Source: Acidobacteriota bacterium
GTDB lineage: Bacteria; Actinomycetota; Acidimicrobiia; Spongiisociales; ZC4RG35
Direction of reading: 5' to 3'
Length of the DNA stretch: 64,000 bases
NCBI GenBank assembly: GCA_022573225.1
Contig: JACZUI010000001.1
Span: forward strand, 112,883-176,882
The notes under the pieces were generated by a model. That model made no database searches and was not told the origin of the DNA. It saw only the letters and a program-made list of their open reading frames with translations. Numbering within the stretch: the stretch's first letter is position 1; each line of letters begins with the position of its first letter. A program made the translations under genes and the position numbers. Shown one piece after another: positions 19,077 to 29,376 of the stretch.

Positions 19077-20447
19077 ATGCGCCCGCTCGCCGTCGGCTTC
19101 ATTCTTCTGCTTTCCGCCTGCGCGCCCGCCAGTGAGCCGACCACGACCCCCGCGCCACCACCACTGCAAGCGTTCACCACAACGACAGTCGCCCCTCTCC
19201 ACGTTGAGATCGACGACTGCTCATCGCCTCAGGTGACCTTCTCACCCCTCTGCGAGACGTATGAGTTGATCGAGGAGTGGCACGTCGATCGCCCGCCAGA
19301 CCCGGCGGCCCTGGCACAGGCCGCCTTAGACGGGCTGGCCGACTTCGAGACGACCAACATCGAGGACCCGCCAAGAGCGTTGATCTGCGCAATACCTGAT
19401 CCGGCATTCGGGGATTTCTGCAATGAGCTGGGGCGTCGGGTGGACGTGTCCTCCATTCCGATCGGGGCCGCGGTTGAGGCGGCGGTCATCTCCATGACCG
19501 ACACCGGCCTGGACCCGTTCTCCTACTACGTGCCTCCCACCCAGGTAGATAGCTTCCGATCGAACGGTGTGGTTGGAGGGGTTGGCATCCTCGTCAACGC
19601 AACCGACGCGGTCGGATCGACCTGCGCCAGGGTGTCCCCGATCTGCGAGTTGCGCATCGTTTTCGTCCTCGAGGACAATCCGGGAGCAGATGCCGGCCTG
19701 GAGACCGACGACGTCATCGTCGCCATCGATGGCGAACCTGTGGAGGGACTGGGCTTCGTCGAAGCCGGATCGCGCATCGCCGGCGACGGGACCGGCGAAG
19801 TGAGCCTGACCATTGATCGGGACGGCCGAGACCTCGAGTTCTCCATATCCCGGGACGAGCTCACTGTTCCGACAGTAGAAGTGAGACACCCGGCCCCAGC
19901 CGTCGGATACATTCGGATCCCCGATTTTGAATCCGACATCCCCGGCTTGGTGGTAGATGGTCTGATCGCGTTGGATGAAGAGCCTTACACCACTCTGGTC
20001 GTCGATCTTCGGGACAACCCGGGAGGCTTCATCGACTCAGCCATCGCCGTGATGTCCGAGTTTGTCGACGGAGGCGTGATACTTGTCGAGTCGGATGGGA
20101 CCGACGAGTTCGAGTATGAGGCAATCGAGGGCGGGCATGCAATCAACAAACGACTGCTGGTCCTGGTCAATCACGGCACCGCATCCGCTGCGGAAGTAAT
20201 GGCCGCTGCTTTGCGAGATACTCGAGACGCAGTCATCATCGGCGAAGCCACCTTTGGCAAGTACGCCATACAGATTGTCTTCGACCTCAACAACGGCGCC
20301 GAGTTTCATCTGGCAATAGCGCACTGGGTCAGCCCGAAAGGCGTCTCGGTGAGAGGCGGTGGGCTGATTCCAGACCACCAGGCCGCCTTGCCCGCCTCGA
20401 TGAGCCCATCAGAACTGGTCGACCTCGCCATGGAGACAACCGGATGA
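19077..20447 (+). CDS. S41-family (C-terminal processing) peptidase lipoprotein with PDZ domain
   Basis: Lipobox LLLSAC, plus DLRDNPGGF and NHGTASAAE. Confidence 0.8.
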   Translation: MRPLAVGFILLLSACAPASEPTTTPAPPPLQAFTTTTVAPLHVEIDDCSSPQVTFSPLCETYELIEEWHVDRPPDPAALAQAALDGLADFETTNIEDPPRALICAIPDPAFGDFCNELGRRVDVSSIPIGAAVEAAVISMTDTGLDPFSYYVPPTQVDSFRSNGVVGGVGILVNATDAVGSTCARVSPICELRIVFVLEDNPGADAGLETDDVIVAIDGEPVEGLGFVEAGSRIAGDGTGEVSLTIDRDGRDLEFSISRDELTVPTVEVRHPAPAVGYIRIPDFESDIPGLVVDGLIALDEEPYTTLVVDLRDNPGGFIDSAIAVMSEFVDGGVILVESDGTDEFEYEAIEGGHAINKRLLVLVNHGTASAAEVMAAALRDTRDAVIIGEATFGKYAIQIVFDLNNGAEFHLAIAHWVSPKGVSVRGGGLIPDHQAALPASMSPSELVDLAMETTG

Positions 20448-21814
20448 GCCGCTTCGTCGCGTTGGGACTATCGCTCGGGCTCGTCTTGACTGCCTGCACC
20501 GACGCAGCGCCCTCCGGCAGGACCGCCCCCGAGCCTCAGCCCATCGCCAGCACAACCACTGTCGTCTCCAACGGGAGAACGCTGGAGATCGTCGGCTGTA
20601 ACGACGCGCCGCAAGAGGCGGAGATCGTATGTGAGGCCTACGACCTGATCCACACCGAGTATGTCGACCCGGTGCTCGACGAGGACCTCGCCGCCGGAGC
20701 AGCCCAGGGGCTCGAGCTGCTCGATGGCGCCGTCGGGTCGTCTCGAATTGTGTGTGTTGCCCCGTCTGAGGAGTTCGTCGAAGTGTGCTCGTTGGCACCG
20801 GAGGAAGCCAAGAGCACGACAGAGGCCGCTGAAGCCATGTTGTGGGGTATGGCCAGCTTCGCTCTCGACCCAAACTCGGCCTACCTCGACGAGGCCCTGC
20901 TCAAACTCATCAAGGATGACCAAGACGGCGAGGTTGAGGGGATCGGCGCCCTGGTTACAACCGAAGATCGATCTTCGGGCGAGGCCGAGCAATGCGGCGT
21001 CCTGTCCGAGACATGCCGGCTGATAATCGTCTCCCCCATCGCCGGCAGCCCGGCCGAGGCATCAGGGATCGAACAGGGTGACGTCATTCTTCGGGTCGAC
21101 GGACTCGATCTGAACGGTTGGACGATCGATGATGTCACCGCCATAGTCCGGGGCCGGGCAGGTACCGACGTCACCTTGACGATCCTCCGAGGGGAGCAGA
21201 CCCTCGACATCACCATTACCCGGGCCGCTGTTGAGATTCCTGTTGTGACCACTGAGGTTGTCGGATCCGCCGGGTATATCAGGCTCAGCCAGTTCACCGA
21301 GAATGCTGACGAACAACTTCAGGAGGCCATCTTCGATCTCCTCACGGAAGGGATCGAAACACTTGTCCTCGACTTGCGAGACAACCCCGGGGGCTTGCTC
21401 ACGACTGCAATCAGCGTGACCTCGCAGTTCCTTCCCGATGGCGATGTCGTAGAGACCCGTAGCCCGGAGTCGACCCGGACCTATGAGGTGGAAGGCAGCC
21501 CGATCGTCCCGGAGAACATGAAGGTGATCGTAGTGGTCAACCGCGGAAGTGCATCTGCCTCAGAGCTGCTCTCCGCGGTGCTCCAGGAGCGGGGTAGGGC
21601 GACGATTGTCGGCGAGAACACTTTCGGCAAGAACACTGTTCAAGAACAGTTCGAGCTTTCCAACGGCAGTGCGATGAAGCTGACCGTCGCCCGCTGGGTC
21701 ACGCCGGGAGGCCTGGACTTTGGGGATGTCGGGGTGACTCCCGACACCCTCGAGGAGTTCCCTGTCGACCTCACCATCGAAGCCATCGTTGAGTTGGCCC
21801 TTTCCCTGTCCTAG
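20444..21814 (+). CDS. S41-family peptidase lipoprotein, tandem paralog
   Basis: Lipobox LVLTAC, plus DLRDNPGGL and NRGSASASE. ATGA overlap with the previous gene. Confidence 0.8.
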   Translation: MSRFVALGLSLGLVLTACTDAAPSGRTAPEPQPIASTTTVVSNGRTLEIVGCNDAPQEAEIVCEAYDLIHTEYVDPVLDEDLAAGAAQGLELLDGAVGSSRIVCVAPSEEFVEVCSLAPEEAKSTTEAAEAMLWGMASFALDPNSAYLDEALLKLIKDDQDGEVEGIGALVTTEDRSSGEAEQCGVLSETCRLIIVSPIAGSPAEASGIEQGDVILRVDGLDLNGWTIDDVTAIVRGRAGTDVTLTILRGEQTLDITITRAAVEIPVVTTEVVGSAGYIRLSQFTENADEQLQEAIFDLLTEGIETLVLDLRDNPGGLLTTAISVTSQFLPDGDVVETRSPESTRTYEVEGSPIVPENMKVIVVVNRGSASASELLSAVLQERGRATIVGENTFGKNTVQEQFELSNGSAMKLTVARWVTPGGLDFGDVGVTPDTLEEFPVDLTIEAIVELALSLS

Positions 21815-21989
21815 GAGTCTGCTGAATAATGCCGTTGGTCAGATCGGCGGCCAGGCGCGCCAATCGCAAGGACGAGGTTTCGCCACTCCTCGGGGCGGAA
21901 TGGCGGGGCCGAGGACACCGCGAGCGGTGATGATCTGGTCGTCGAGATGAGTGACATGCATTGTTCAGCGGGCTCCCAGTGTCCGGTGA

Positions 21990-22838
21990 TCAGCCCGCGG
22001 ATGCCGCCACGGAAGCCCGTCGGGTCCGCTCCACGACAGATCTGACTGTCAACACAATGAAGAAGAGCACGATCGGCACCACCGCCATCGTCGCCGAGCC
22101 CGACGTATTGGCGTGAAAGCTGATGATCAGACCAACCGCCACCGAGAGTACGCTGATGAGAGTGGCTGTAGCCATGATCGCCGGGACCCGGCGAACAATC
22201 AGAGCCGCTGTGGCCGGAGGGCCTACCAGCAATCCGAAAACCAGCAGCGTGCCAACTGTCTGGAAAGATCCCACGATCACAAACGTGATCAGGACCAGCA
22301 TGGCGCCATGTGCGAGGCGTGGCTTGAGCCCAAGCAGCCGAGCCTTTTGCTCGTTGAAGGCCAGCACTAGAAATGGCCGGTAGAGCAGCACCGACACCAC
22401 CAAGGTGATCACGGCGACGATTGTGAGGATGACGATGTCGCTGCTGGTGACTCCGAGAGCGTCCCCAAACAGGATCGCAGTCAGGCTGCCGGTGTATGAC
22501 GCGGTTCGCGAGATCAGAATCACCCCTAGGCCAAGCATTCCCACAAAGAGAAGACCGATTCCGGTGTCCTCAGAAAACGTCGTTTGGCGATGGACGAGAC
22601 TTATCCCGAAGATCATCACCGCCGCTGCGATCGCCGCACCTGCCAGCACGTTGAAATCGAGAAGGATGGCGAGGGCGATACCGGGGACCACCCCGTGAAC
22701 CAAGGCATCTCCCAGAAAAGTCATGCCGCGAATGACCACCCAGGTGCCAACCAACGCCAACGCAATGGCGGCCAGCGAGCCCCCAATCAGGGCCCGCTGT
22801 TGAAAGGCCAGCTCAAAGGGCTCGGTCAGCCATTCCAT
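21990..22838 (-). CDS. metal (Zn/Mn) ABC transporter permease
   Basis: 282-aa polytopic ZnuB/TroD-like protein with FLGDALVHGVVPGIA. Confidence 0.85.
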   Translation of the reverse strand: MEWLTEPFELAFQQRALIGGSLAAIALALVGTWVVIRGMTFLGDALVHGVVPGIALAILLDFNVLAGAAIAAAVMIFGISLVHRQTTFSEDTGIGLLFVGMLGLGVILISRTASYTGSLTAILFGDALGVTSSDIVILTIVAVITLVVSVLLYRPFLVLAFNEQKARLLGLKPRLAHGAMLVLITFVIVGSFQTVGTLLVFGLLVGPPATAALIVRRVPAIMATATLISVLSVAVGLIISFHANTSGSATMAVVPIVLFFIVLTVRSVVERTRRASVAASAG

Positions 22839-22842
22839 GGTG

Positions 22843-23814
22843 TCAGGACGGTACCGGGCCGAGCGCAGACGCGATCCGCTCGGCGTTGGTCAAGAGCATC
22901 CCGATCAGGGTGTCGGCACCGGAACCCGGCTCCCCGAGCGAGCCGATGAACAATTCGACGACCTCGACATCATCGCTCGTCTCGGCGGCGACGGCCTCAG
23001 CAAAGACGGTCGGAAGAGTGGTCTCGGTGAGGATTGCCCCAACACGCTCTTCGTCGATCACACGGACCAATGTCGCCAACCACTCCGAGCTGGGATCGGC
23101 GAAAGTTGAACCGCTGGGAAAGACTGTCGCGACCACGTACAGCCCATATCGGTCGGCGAAGAAGCCAAAGGCGTCGTGGTTGGTGACGACCGTCCGATTG
23201 TCCGATGGCACCGATTCGAGGAGCGTGGCGATCTGCTCATCGGCGGCCCACAGTTCATCCCCATATTCCTCGGCGCGAGCGGACCAATCGATGCTTTGGT
23301 TCAACTCGGCGAGTCGGACAGCAATGAGCGCCGCGGCATCGGCCATGCGAGCCGGGTCCAACCACACGTGGGGATCGCAAATCGCCAGCCCGGCGGTCGG
23401 ATCACACCTGTCGCGGTCGCCGAAGGCAACTGGATCGAGAAGAGGTGCGATCTCAAGCACGTTGGCGCCATCGGCTCTGGCGTTCTCGAGCACATCAATC
23501 AGGCCTTCCTCGAGAAAGAGGCCATTGGCGACGACGAGGTCGGCGCTCTGGATGGCCGCGATTTGCTGCGATGAGGCCTGATAGTCATGAGGGTCGGCCC
23601 CAATGGGAACCAGCACCTCGACCGTGACATCCTCGCCGGCGATATTCCGAATCAGGTCGCCCAGAATCGATGTGGTCACCACCACGTCGAGACCTGTGGT
23701 GGATGTTTCCGGGTCATCGGGAGAACACGCAACGAGAACCAACGTCAGCGCGACAAGCAATGCCGGCGCTCGAGTACGGAGTCGGAGCTTCGATGATGGT
23801 GTCCTCTGTCTCAT
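22843..23814 (-). CDS. metal ABC transporter substrate-binding lipoprotein (ZnuA/TroA-like)
   Basis: The ATG at 23814 gives MRQRTPSS...LTLVLVACSPDD (lipobox), plus DPHDYQ and DPHVWLDP. Confidence 0.85.
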   Translation of the reverse strand: MRQRTPSSKLRLRTRAPALLVALTLVLVACSPDDPETSTTGLDVVVTTSILGDLIRNIAGEDVTVEVLVPIGADPHDYQASSQQIAAIQSADLVVANGLFLEEGLIDVLENARADGANVLEIAPLLDPVAFGDRDRCDPTAGLAICDPHVWLDPARMADAAALIAVRLAELNQSIDWSARAEEYGDELWAADEQIATLLESVPSDNRTVVTNHDAFGFFADRYGLYVVATVFPSGSTFADPSSEWLATLVRVIDEERVGAILTETTLPTVFAEAVAAETSDDVEVVELFIGSLGEPGSGADTLIGMLLTNAERIASALGPVPS

Positions 23815-23832
23815 CTGGAGTGTCAATAGTCT

Positions 23833-23849
23833 ATAATGAGAATCATTAT
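23833..23849. promoter_or_regulatory. Fur-family (Zur-type) operator
   Basis: ATAATGA-GAA-TCATTAT is a perfect 7-3-7 inverted repeat. It matches the classical Fur box core GATAATGATAATCATTATC and lies in the divergent intergenic region. Confidence 0.7.
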
Positions 23850-23885
23850 TAAAGAAATGGAAGCACTTGCTCAGATGAGACCACG

Positions 23886-24326
23886 ATGACAGGCCGCGAA
23901 CTGGACGGAGAAGTCTCCCAGCGCCTGGCCGACCACGAGGTCCGCTACACCAGCGGTCGACGCGTGGTCGTGACCGCGCTTGCTCGATCCGAAGGGCCGA
24001 AATCCCCGGCAGAGCTACACGCGGAAGTTGCTTCGGCGGTACCTCTCTCCTCCCTGTATCGGTCGCTAGCGGTTCTCGAGAATGCAGGCATCGTCGTGCC
24101 ACATTTCGGCGCCAAGGGAGTAACCCGATACGAGTTGGCCGAATGGCTGAGAGGGCACCACCACCACCTCATCTGCCTCAACTGCGGGTCAGTGGAGGAC
24201 ATCGCCATCTCCCAGACCCATGAGGCCAAGCTGGCTGAGCTGGTCAAGGACATCGGAGCTGCGGCGTCCTTCGCCGAGGTCAACCACGTCCTCGAGATCG
24301 AGGGCCGGTGCGCCAAGTGCGCGTGA
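23886..24326 (+). CDS. Fur-family metalloregulator (Zur-like)
   Basis: 146 aa. Contains HHHHLICLNCGSVEDI and a C-terminal CAKCA. Confidence 0.85.
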   Translation: MTGRELDGEVSQRLADHEVRYTSGRRVVVTALARSEGPKSPAELHAEVASAVPLSSLYRSLAVLENAGIVVPHFGAKGVTRYELAEWLRGHHHHLICLNCGSVEDIAISQTHEAKLAELVKDIGAAASFAEVNHVLEIEGRCAKCA

Positions 24327-25150
24327 ACGACGCTGCTGTTATGGCAAGCGACCTCCTTCTCAGCTACGGATCGGTCGTGGCCGTCAACAAGTCGTCCTTC
24401 ACCATCCCCGCGGGAAGCGTGACCGCTGTGATCGGCCCCAACGGCTCCGGCAAGTCGACACTTCTCAATGCCATAGCCGGGTTGCACCAGCCGAAGTCGG
24501 GCAGCATCGACGTCCCGGCCCGCGCAGAAGGTTCGCATCGGATTGCCTACGTCCTCCAAACGACCAAGGTGAGTGAATCCTTGCCCATCTCGGTTCGCGA
24601 AGTGGTCGCCATGGGCCGCTATGCCGAAGCCGGTGCATACCGCCCTCTTTCCGACCGCGATCGGAAGGCGGTGGACCATGCAATGGACCGCACCGGGATC
24701 ACCGACCTTGCGTCGAAGCACCTTCACCATCTCTCGGGAGGCCAGCGCCAACGGGTCTTCGTCGCCCAGGGTCTCGCCCAGGATCATGACATCCTCCTTC
24801 TCGACGAGCCTCTCACAGGAATCGACCTGCCCACAGCTCAGGCCATCGACTCCGTCATCCACGACGAGCTCAACGATGGCTGCACGGTCATCATGACCAC
24901 GCATGACCTCTCCGAGGCCCAGTTCGCCGACCATGTACTGCTGTTATCGGGTCGCGTGGTGGCCGCTGGACCACCAGACCAGGTGCTGACCACAGAGCAT
25001 CTCACCGATGCATACGGCCCGTCGCTCCAGCACCTGGGCGAGGGTGGGATCTTCATCGACGACCCCGCGCACAAACCGGTGCCGGGACGTCATACCCACC
25101 GGGAACGCAGCATCCATACCGAGCCGGACCCGACCGACCGCCATGGCTGA
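24323..25150 (+). CDS. metal ABC transporter ATP-binding protein
   Basis: GPNGSGKSTLL, LSGGQRQRV and LLLDEPLTGID. The GTG overlaps the regulator stop (GTGA). Alternative starts are at 24308 and 24341. Confidence 0.85.
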   Translation: MNDAAVMASDLLLSYGSVVAVNKSSFTIPAGSVTAVIGPNGSGKSTLLNAIAGLHQPKSGSIDVPARAEGSHRIAYVLQTTKVSESLPISVREVVAMGRYAEAGAYRPLSDRDRKAVDHAMDRTGITDLASKHLHHLSGGQRQRVFVAQGLAQDHDILLLDEPLTGIDLPTAQAIDSVIHDELNDGCTVIMTTHDLSEAQFADHVLLLSGRVVAAGPPDQVLTTEHLTDAYGPSLQHLGEGGIFIDDPAHKPVPGRHTHRERSIHTEPDPTDRHG

Positions 25151-25174
25151 CTTCCTGACCGTCGTGCGTAACGA

Positions 25175-25813
25175 TCAACCCAGACCCGGGTAGCCGATCC
25201 CGGTGTTGGCGTGACAGTCGTAGCCGTGGGGATTCTTGGCCAGGTATTGCTGGTGATAGTCCTCGGCGTAGTAGTACTCGCCGAGCGACTTGATCTCTGT
25301 GGTGATCTCATCGAACCCCAACGGGGTCAGCTCCGCCTGATAAACATCCTGTGACCGCTTCGCCTGGTCGAGCTGGTGGTCAGTGGTCGTGTAGATGGCC
25401 GATCGGTACTGGGTTCCGATGTCGTTGCCTTGCTGATAGCCCTGAGTCGGATCGTGGGTTTCCCAGAACACTCGGAGCAGCTGGTCGTATGTGATCTGAT
25501 CGGGCCGGTAGACGACCATCACCGCTTCGGTGTGGCCGGTCCTCCCGGTACATACCTCTTCATAGCTGGGGTTGGGGGTGTATCCCCCCGCATATCCAGC
25601 GTTCGTCGAATACACGCCTTCTAATTGCCAGAACCGACGCTCGGCTCCCCAGAAACAACCCATTCCAAACACCGCAATCTCGGTGTCCTCGGGAAACGGC
25701 CCGACCAGGGGGTGGCCATTGACAAAGTGGGCGACCGGAACTTCTAAGGCGTTTCCACGACCCGGGATTGCATCCTCGGGTGCCGGCATCTCTCTGCTCT
25801 TACGTCCAAACAT
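25175..25813 (-). CDS. msrA: peptide-methionine (S)-S-oxide reductase
   Basis: [21 protein letters not shown]. Confidence 0.9.
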   Translation of the reverse strand: MFGRKSREMPAPEDAIPGRGNALEVPVAHFVNGHPLVGPFPEDTEIAVFGMGCFWGAERRFWQLEGVYSTNAGYAGGYTPNPSYEEVCTGRTGHTEAVMVVYRPDQITYDQLLRVFWETHDPTQGYQQGNDIGTQYRSAIYTTTDHQLDQAKRSQDVYQAELTPLGFDEITTEIKSLGEYYYAEDYHQQYLAKNPHGYDCHANTGIGYPGLG

Positions 25814-25840
25814 GAATACCTCCAGGCAACATCAAACAGG

Positions 25841-26215
25841 TCAACCCGTTAAGACAGCCTCAAGTTCCATCTCGATCTTCCATCTCGGATCCAGAAGGCC
25901 GGCCACGACGACCATTGTCGACGCAGGCCTGATTTCGTCAAACACCTCGCCGTGCGCTCTTCCGATCGCATCGGCATCGGCCTGGTCGGTGATGAACATC
26001 CGGGTGCGGACCACGTCTTCGACCGATCCACCGGCCTCGCTTACGGCGGCAACCATGATCTCGATACACCGTCGGGCCTGAGCGGCCGGATCCGGGTCGA
26101 TCTCACCATCCGGCCATATCGGAGCCGTGCCGGCGACAATGATCCGGTCCTCAACCAGGACCGCCCGACTGAATCCATAGATTGGCTCATAGTGGCTAGT
26201 TCCAGAAATGTTCAT
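25841..26215 (-). CDS. RidA/YjgF-family protein
   Basis: 124 aa from the ATG at 26215. Contains VRTRMFITD and VVVAGLLDPRWKIEME. Confidence 0.8.
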   Translation of the reverse strand: MNISGTSHYEPIYGFSRAVLVEDRIIVAGTAPIWPDGEIDPDPAAQARRCIEIMVAAVSEAGGSVEDVVRTRMFITDQADADAIGRAHGEVFDEIRPASTMVVVAGLLDPRWKIEMELEAVLTG

Positions 26216-26238
26216 GCGGGTCACCCGACCCAAGCTAC

Positions 26239-26634
26239 TCAGCCCATTCCGGAGACTTTGGTGGGACGGATCTTCATGATCACCCGCTCGTCGCCCTCGC
26301 GGTGCCATGGGTAGCGGTCCTTGTCGAGGTACTTCTTCGCCATCCGAGAAATGAAGTCGATGTCCGGATCGGGCTCAATCCCTTCCAACTCGCCTCTGAT
26401 CTCGACGTACCGGTAGAGGTTGTCTGGATCGACCACCGTCAGTGACGTGCGCTTGTCCCTTTGCAGATTTCGGTACTTCTGGCGGCCAGTGGTCAAGCTG
26501 AACTTGAGGTGGGTGCCATCCCACTCAAACCAAACGGGACTGTTGTGCGGCTCTCCGTCGGGGCCAATGGTCGCCACATTGGCGACGGTCTTGGACTCCC
26601 AGGAGAGAAGATCGACATGCGAATCGGGAATCAT
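26239..26634 (-). CDS. PPOX-class (pyridoxamine 5'-phosphate oxidase-like, probable F420-dependent) protein
   Basis: MIPDSHVDLLSWESKTVANVATIGPDGEPHNSPVWFEWDG... Confidence 0.7.
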   Translation of the reverse strand: MIPDSHVDLLSWESKTVANVATIGPDGEPHNSPVWFEWDGTHLKFSLTTGRQKYRNLQRDKRTSLTVVDPDNLYRYVEIRGELEGIEPDPDIDFISRMAKKYLDKDRYPWHREGDERVIMKIRPTKVSGMG

Positions 26635-26746
26635 GAAACTCCTTGCTTTTGAGATCAGCGTGAACAAGGTCACCCGCCGCGACATTCCCAAACGACCTAT
26701 CCCACTTCCGGTCGTTTCGGCCATTCGTTACCCTCATGCCACCCCC

Positions 26747-27895
26747 ATGCGTCTCCCGCGCCTCCTCTTCGTCGGCCTCGCCCTTGTTCTCCTCATCGCC
26801 GTCCTCGTTGTCGATGGCGGATCCGCTTATGCCCAGGATGTCGGACATACCGAACAGAATGCCGCCGACGCCGCGGAACGGTCCGACGTTGCGGCCGGTT
26901 TGGTCGATGCGGCCGTGGCCAATCGGGCAGAGATCGAAATCCAGCTGGCCGCAACCTTTACCCGAATCAGCGACCTTGCGGCCCAACTGTCAACAGTCGC
27001 CGCGGGCCTCGACAAGGTTGAAGGACAGATCGTGTTCGCCGATGCCGAAATGACATCGATCGAAGCGGAGATTGAAGCTCAGGCTGTGGATGCATACATG
27101 AACGCCCTAGCGGTCCCGATGCTGAGCTTTGTCAACTCCGACACAGTGGAGTCCGCCCTGGTAGTAGGTGTCGTGGTCGAGGCGGTGGTCATCTCGGGAC
27201 GACAGGCGATCGAACATCTGGTTGCCAAGAAGAACGAACTCGAAACCCTCCAGGCCGACTATCTCACCAAGCAGGACGAGGTTGCCGATCTCAAGGCAGA
27301 GGTCGATCTCGAAGTCGCAAAGCTCGCAGCCCTCTATGACCAGGCAGACGCCAAGGTGGCCTACGCCATCCGGAAAGCCAATACTGCCGACGCCGAGTAT
27401 CGGTCGGCTCTGTCGGCCGTTGACTCGGCTCGAGCCCGCGAAGCAGAGCAGAAGAGACAGGATGAGCGGACCACTACGACCGCGACAAATCCAAGCTCTT
27501 CGCCTCCCACCACCACTTCCCCGCCTCCCACATCACCTCCGACCACGTCTGGAGGAGGATCAGGTGGTAGCTGGACGGGAAAACCCGGCGTCGAGCAATG
27601 GCGCGGCTTGGTCTCGCAGTACTTCCCGGCACACCGGGTCGACGAGGCTCTTCAGATCATGCAGTGCGAGAGTCTGGGTGATCCCAATGCGTACAACCCA
27701 TACTCGGGCGCCTCGGGTCTGTACCAGTTCCTGCCAGCGACTTGGGCTACAACTGCCCCCATGGCCGGCTTTCCCGATGTGAGCGCTTTCGAACCTGCGG
27801 CCAACATCGCCACGGCAGCATGGCTGGCCAACCGCTACGAGCAACTCGGACAGAACTACTGGCAACCATGGTCGTGTCGTCAGGTCCTGACTTAG
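26747..27895 (+). CDS. secreted coiled-coil protein with Pro/Thr/Ser linker and C-terminal lysozyme-like transglycosylase domain
   Basis: Signal/anchor MRLPRLLFVGLALVLLIAVLV, then a long heptad-like region and the linker TTTATNPSSSPPTTTSPPPTSPPTTSGGGSGG. The C-terminal domain has IMQCESLGDPNAYNP..SGASGLYQFLPATW. Confidence 0.7.
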   Translation: MRLPRLLFVGLALVLLIAVLVVDGGSAYAQDVGHTEQNAADAAERSDVAAGLVDAAVANRAEIEIQLAATFTRISDLAAQLSTVAAGLDKVEGQIVFADAEMTSIEAEIEAQAVDAYMNALAVPMLSFVNSDTVESALVVGVVVEAVVISGRQAIEHLVAKKNELETLQADYLTKQDEVADLKAEVDLEVAKLAALYDQADAKVAYAIRKANTADAEYRSALSAVDSARAREAEQKRQDERTTTTATNPSSSPPTTTSPPPTSPPTTSGGGSGGSWTGKPGVEQWRGLVSQYFPAHRVDEALQIMQCESLGDPNAYNPYSGASGLYQFLPATWATTAPMAGFPDVSAFEPAANIATAAWLANRYEQLGQNYWQPWSCRQVLT

Positions 27896-27970
27896 CACCT
27901 CGACCAGCAACGTTGGAGAGGCACTAGCAGCGCCGATCTGGCCAGGCCCACTCCTACAATCCCGGCCGCA

Positions 27971-29296
27971 ATGGAGCACCCGGACCTAGATCCTCGCCGA
28001 CAGCTCCTCTTGATGGCGGTGGCACTAGGTGTGACTGTCCCCGGGATTCTCATCCGGCTGACGGGAGCGCACCCCAACCCGATCCTTGCGGCTGCCCTAT
28101 ACGGGATAGCCATCGTCGGTGCTGCCTTCATCCTCTCCTGGGCTGCCGAGGTGATCCAACTCGACGTCGGGGCGGGATTGGCCCTCGCTTTACTCGCCCT
28201 CATCGCCGTCCTCCCCGAATACGCCGTTGACTTCGTTTTCACGTCGAAAGCCGGGCAGGAGTACGCCGCAACAGGCGAGGCATCCATGTACGGGCCGCTG
28301 GCCCTCGCCAACATGACCGGCGCCAACCAGCTTCTCATCGGACTCGGCTGGCCTCTCGTCATCCTGATCGGAACCTGGAGGGTGAAGAAGACCCAGGCCG
28401 ACATCGACCAGGCCGAGGGTTCGACGACAACCGAGGTTCGACTCTCACGCACTCAGTCGGTCGACATCGCCTATCTGGCTATCGCATCGGCCTACGGGTT
28501 GACTTTGTTCTTCAAGGACACCCTCACCCTCCTGGACGCCGCGATCCTCGTCAGCATCTATGTCGTGTACATAGTTCGCCTGTCTGGCGCGTCACCAGGT
28601 GAGCCCCACTTGGTGGGCCCTAGTGCATACATCGGCTCACTTCCCAAGAAGAGACGCCAAGCGATCAACTACGCCGGGTTTGTCCTCGCCGCCGCGGTGA
28701 TCGTCGTGGTAGCCGCGCCTTTCGCTGAGTCGATCATCGAGTTGGGCGAGGTAATCGGCGTCAGCGACTTCCTTCTGGTGAAGTGGATAGCTCCGCTCGC
28801 TTCTGAGGCGCCCGAGTTGGTGATAGCGATTCTGTTCGCCTGGCGTCTTTCGGCACGGACGGGGCTGGGTGCGCTCATCTCATCGAAAGTCAACCAGTGG
28901 ACGCTTCTCGTCGGGACGCTCCCCATCGTGTTCGCCATTTTCGCCGGGCAGTTGATCGGGCTTCCCCTCAACCAGGTCCAGCAGGTCGAGCTTTGGGTCA
29001 CGGCGACCCAGTCGGTTTTTGCTGTCGCGATCATTGCCAGCCGAACCGTGACTCGCACCGAGGCGTGGGTGATGCTGAGCCTGTTCATAATCCAAGTGGG
29101 CGAGTCTCTTCTCGCGGAGTTCTTCCAAGTCTCGGAAAGTGTCTCTTACAACATGAGGCTCGCCATTGGAGTGGTTTTTCTGATTGGCGCAGCCTGGGTG
29201 CTTCGCAAAGACTTCAGGAGTCTCTTGAAGGTCATGCGAGACGGCCTCCGAGCTTCCTGGGCCGAACTCGAGACCGAAGACACGGCAACCCACTAG
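27971..29296 (+). CDS. Ca2+/cation antiporter (CaCA) family membrane protein
   Basis: 441-aa polytopic protein with two alpha-repeat-like segments (LPEYAVDFVF and ASEAPELVIAILFA). Confidence 0.7.
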   Translation: MEHPDLDPRRQLLLMAVALGVTVPGILIRLTGAHPNPILAAALYGIAIVGAAFILSWAAEVIQLDVGAGLALALLALIAVLPEYAVDFVFTSKAGQEYAATGEASMYGPLALANMTGANQLLIGLGWPLVILIGTWRVKKTQADIDQAEGSTTTEVRLSRTQSVDIAYLAIASAYGLTLFFKDTLTLLDAAILVSIYVVYIVRLSGASPGEPHLVGPSAYIGSLPKKRRQAINYAGFVLAAAVIVVVAAPFAESIIELGEVIGVSDFLLVKWIAPLASEAPELVIAILFAWRLSARTGLGALISSKVNQWTLLVGTLPIVFAIFAGQLIGLPLNQVQQVELWVTATQSVFAVAIIASRTVTRTEAWVMLSLFIIQVGESLLAEFFQVSESVSYNMRLAIGVVFLIGAAWVLRKDFRSLLKVMRDGLRASWAELETEDTATH

Positions 29297-29376
29297 GAGC
29301 CAGCAGACTCCTAAGACAAACCCCTTCAAACTTGTCAGTTGCCGCGCGTATGTTGGGAGCAGAACGAAAGGACACC

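Noticed and set aside
21815-21989. A 175-bp gap between convergent genes holding short ORF fragments on the minus strand.
   Set aside because: The translations are short and frame-broken, and I could not recognise them. No RNA gene features are visible.
26635-26746. Possible cyclic-di-AMP (ydaO-type) riboswitch upstream of the secreted transglycosylase-like gene, as is common for actinobacterial cell-wall hydrolases.
   Set aside because: The leader is only about 110 nt, and I could not see the pseudo-twofold conserved segments of that motif.
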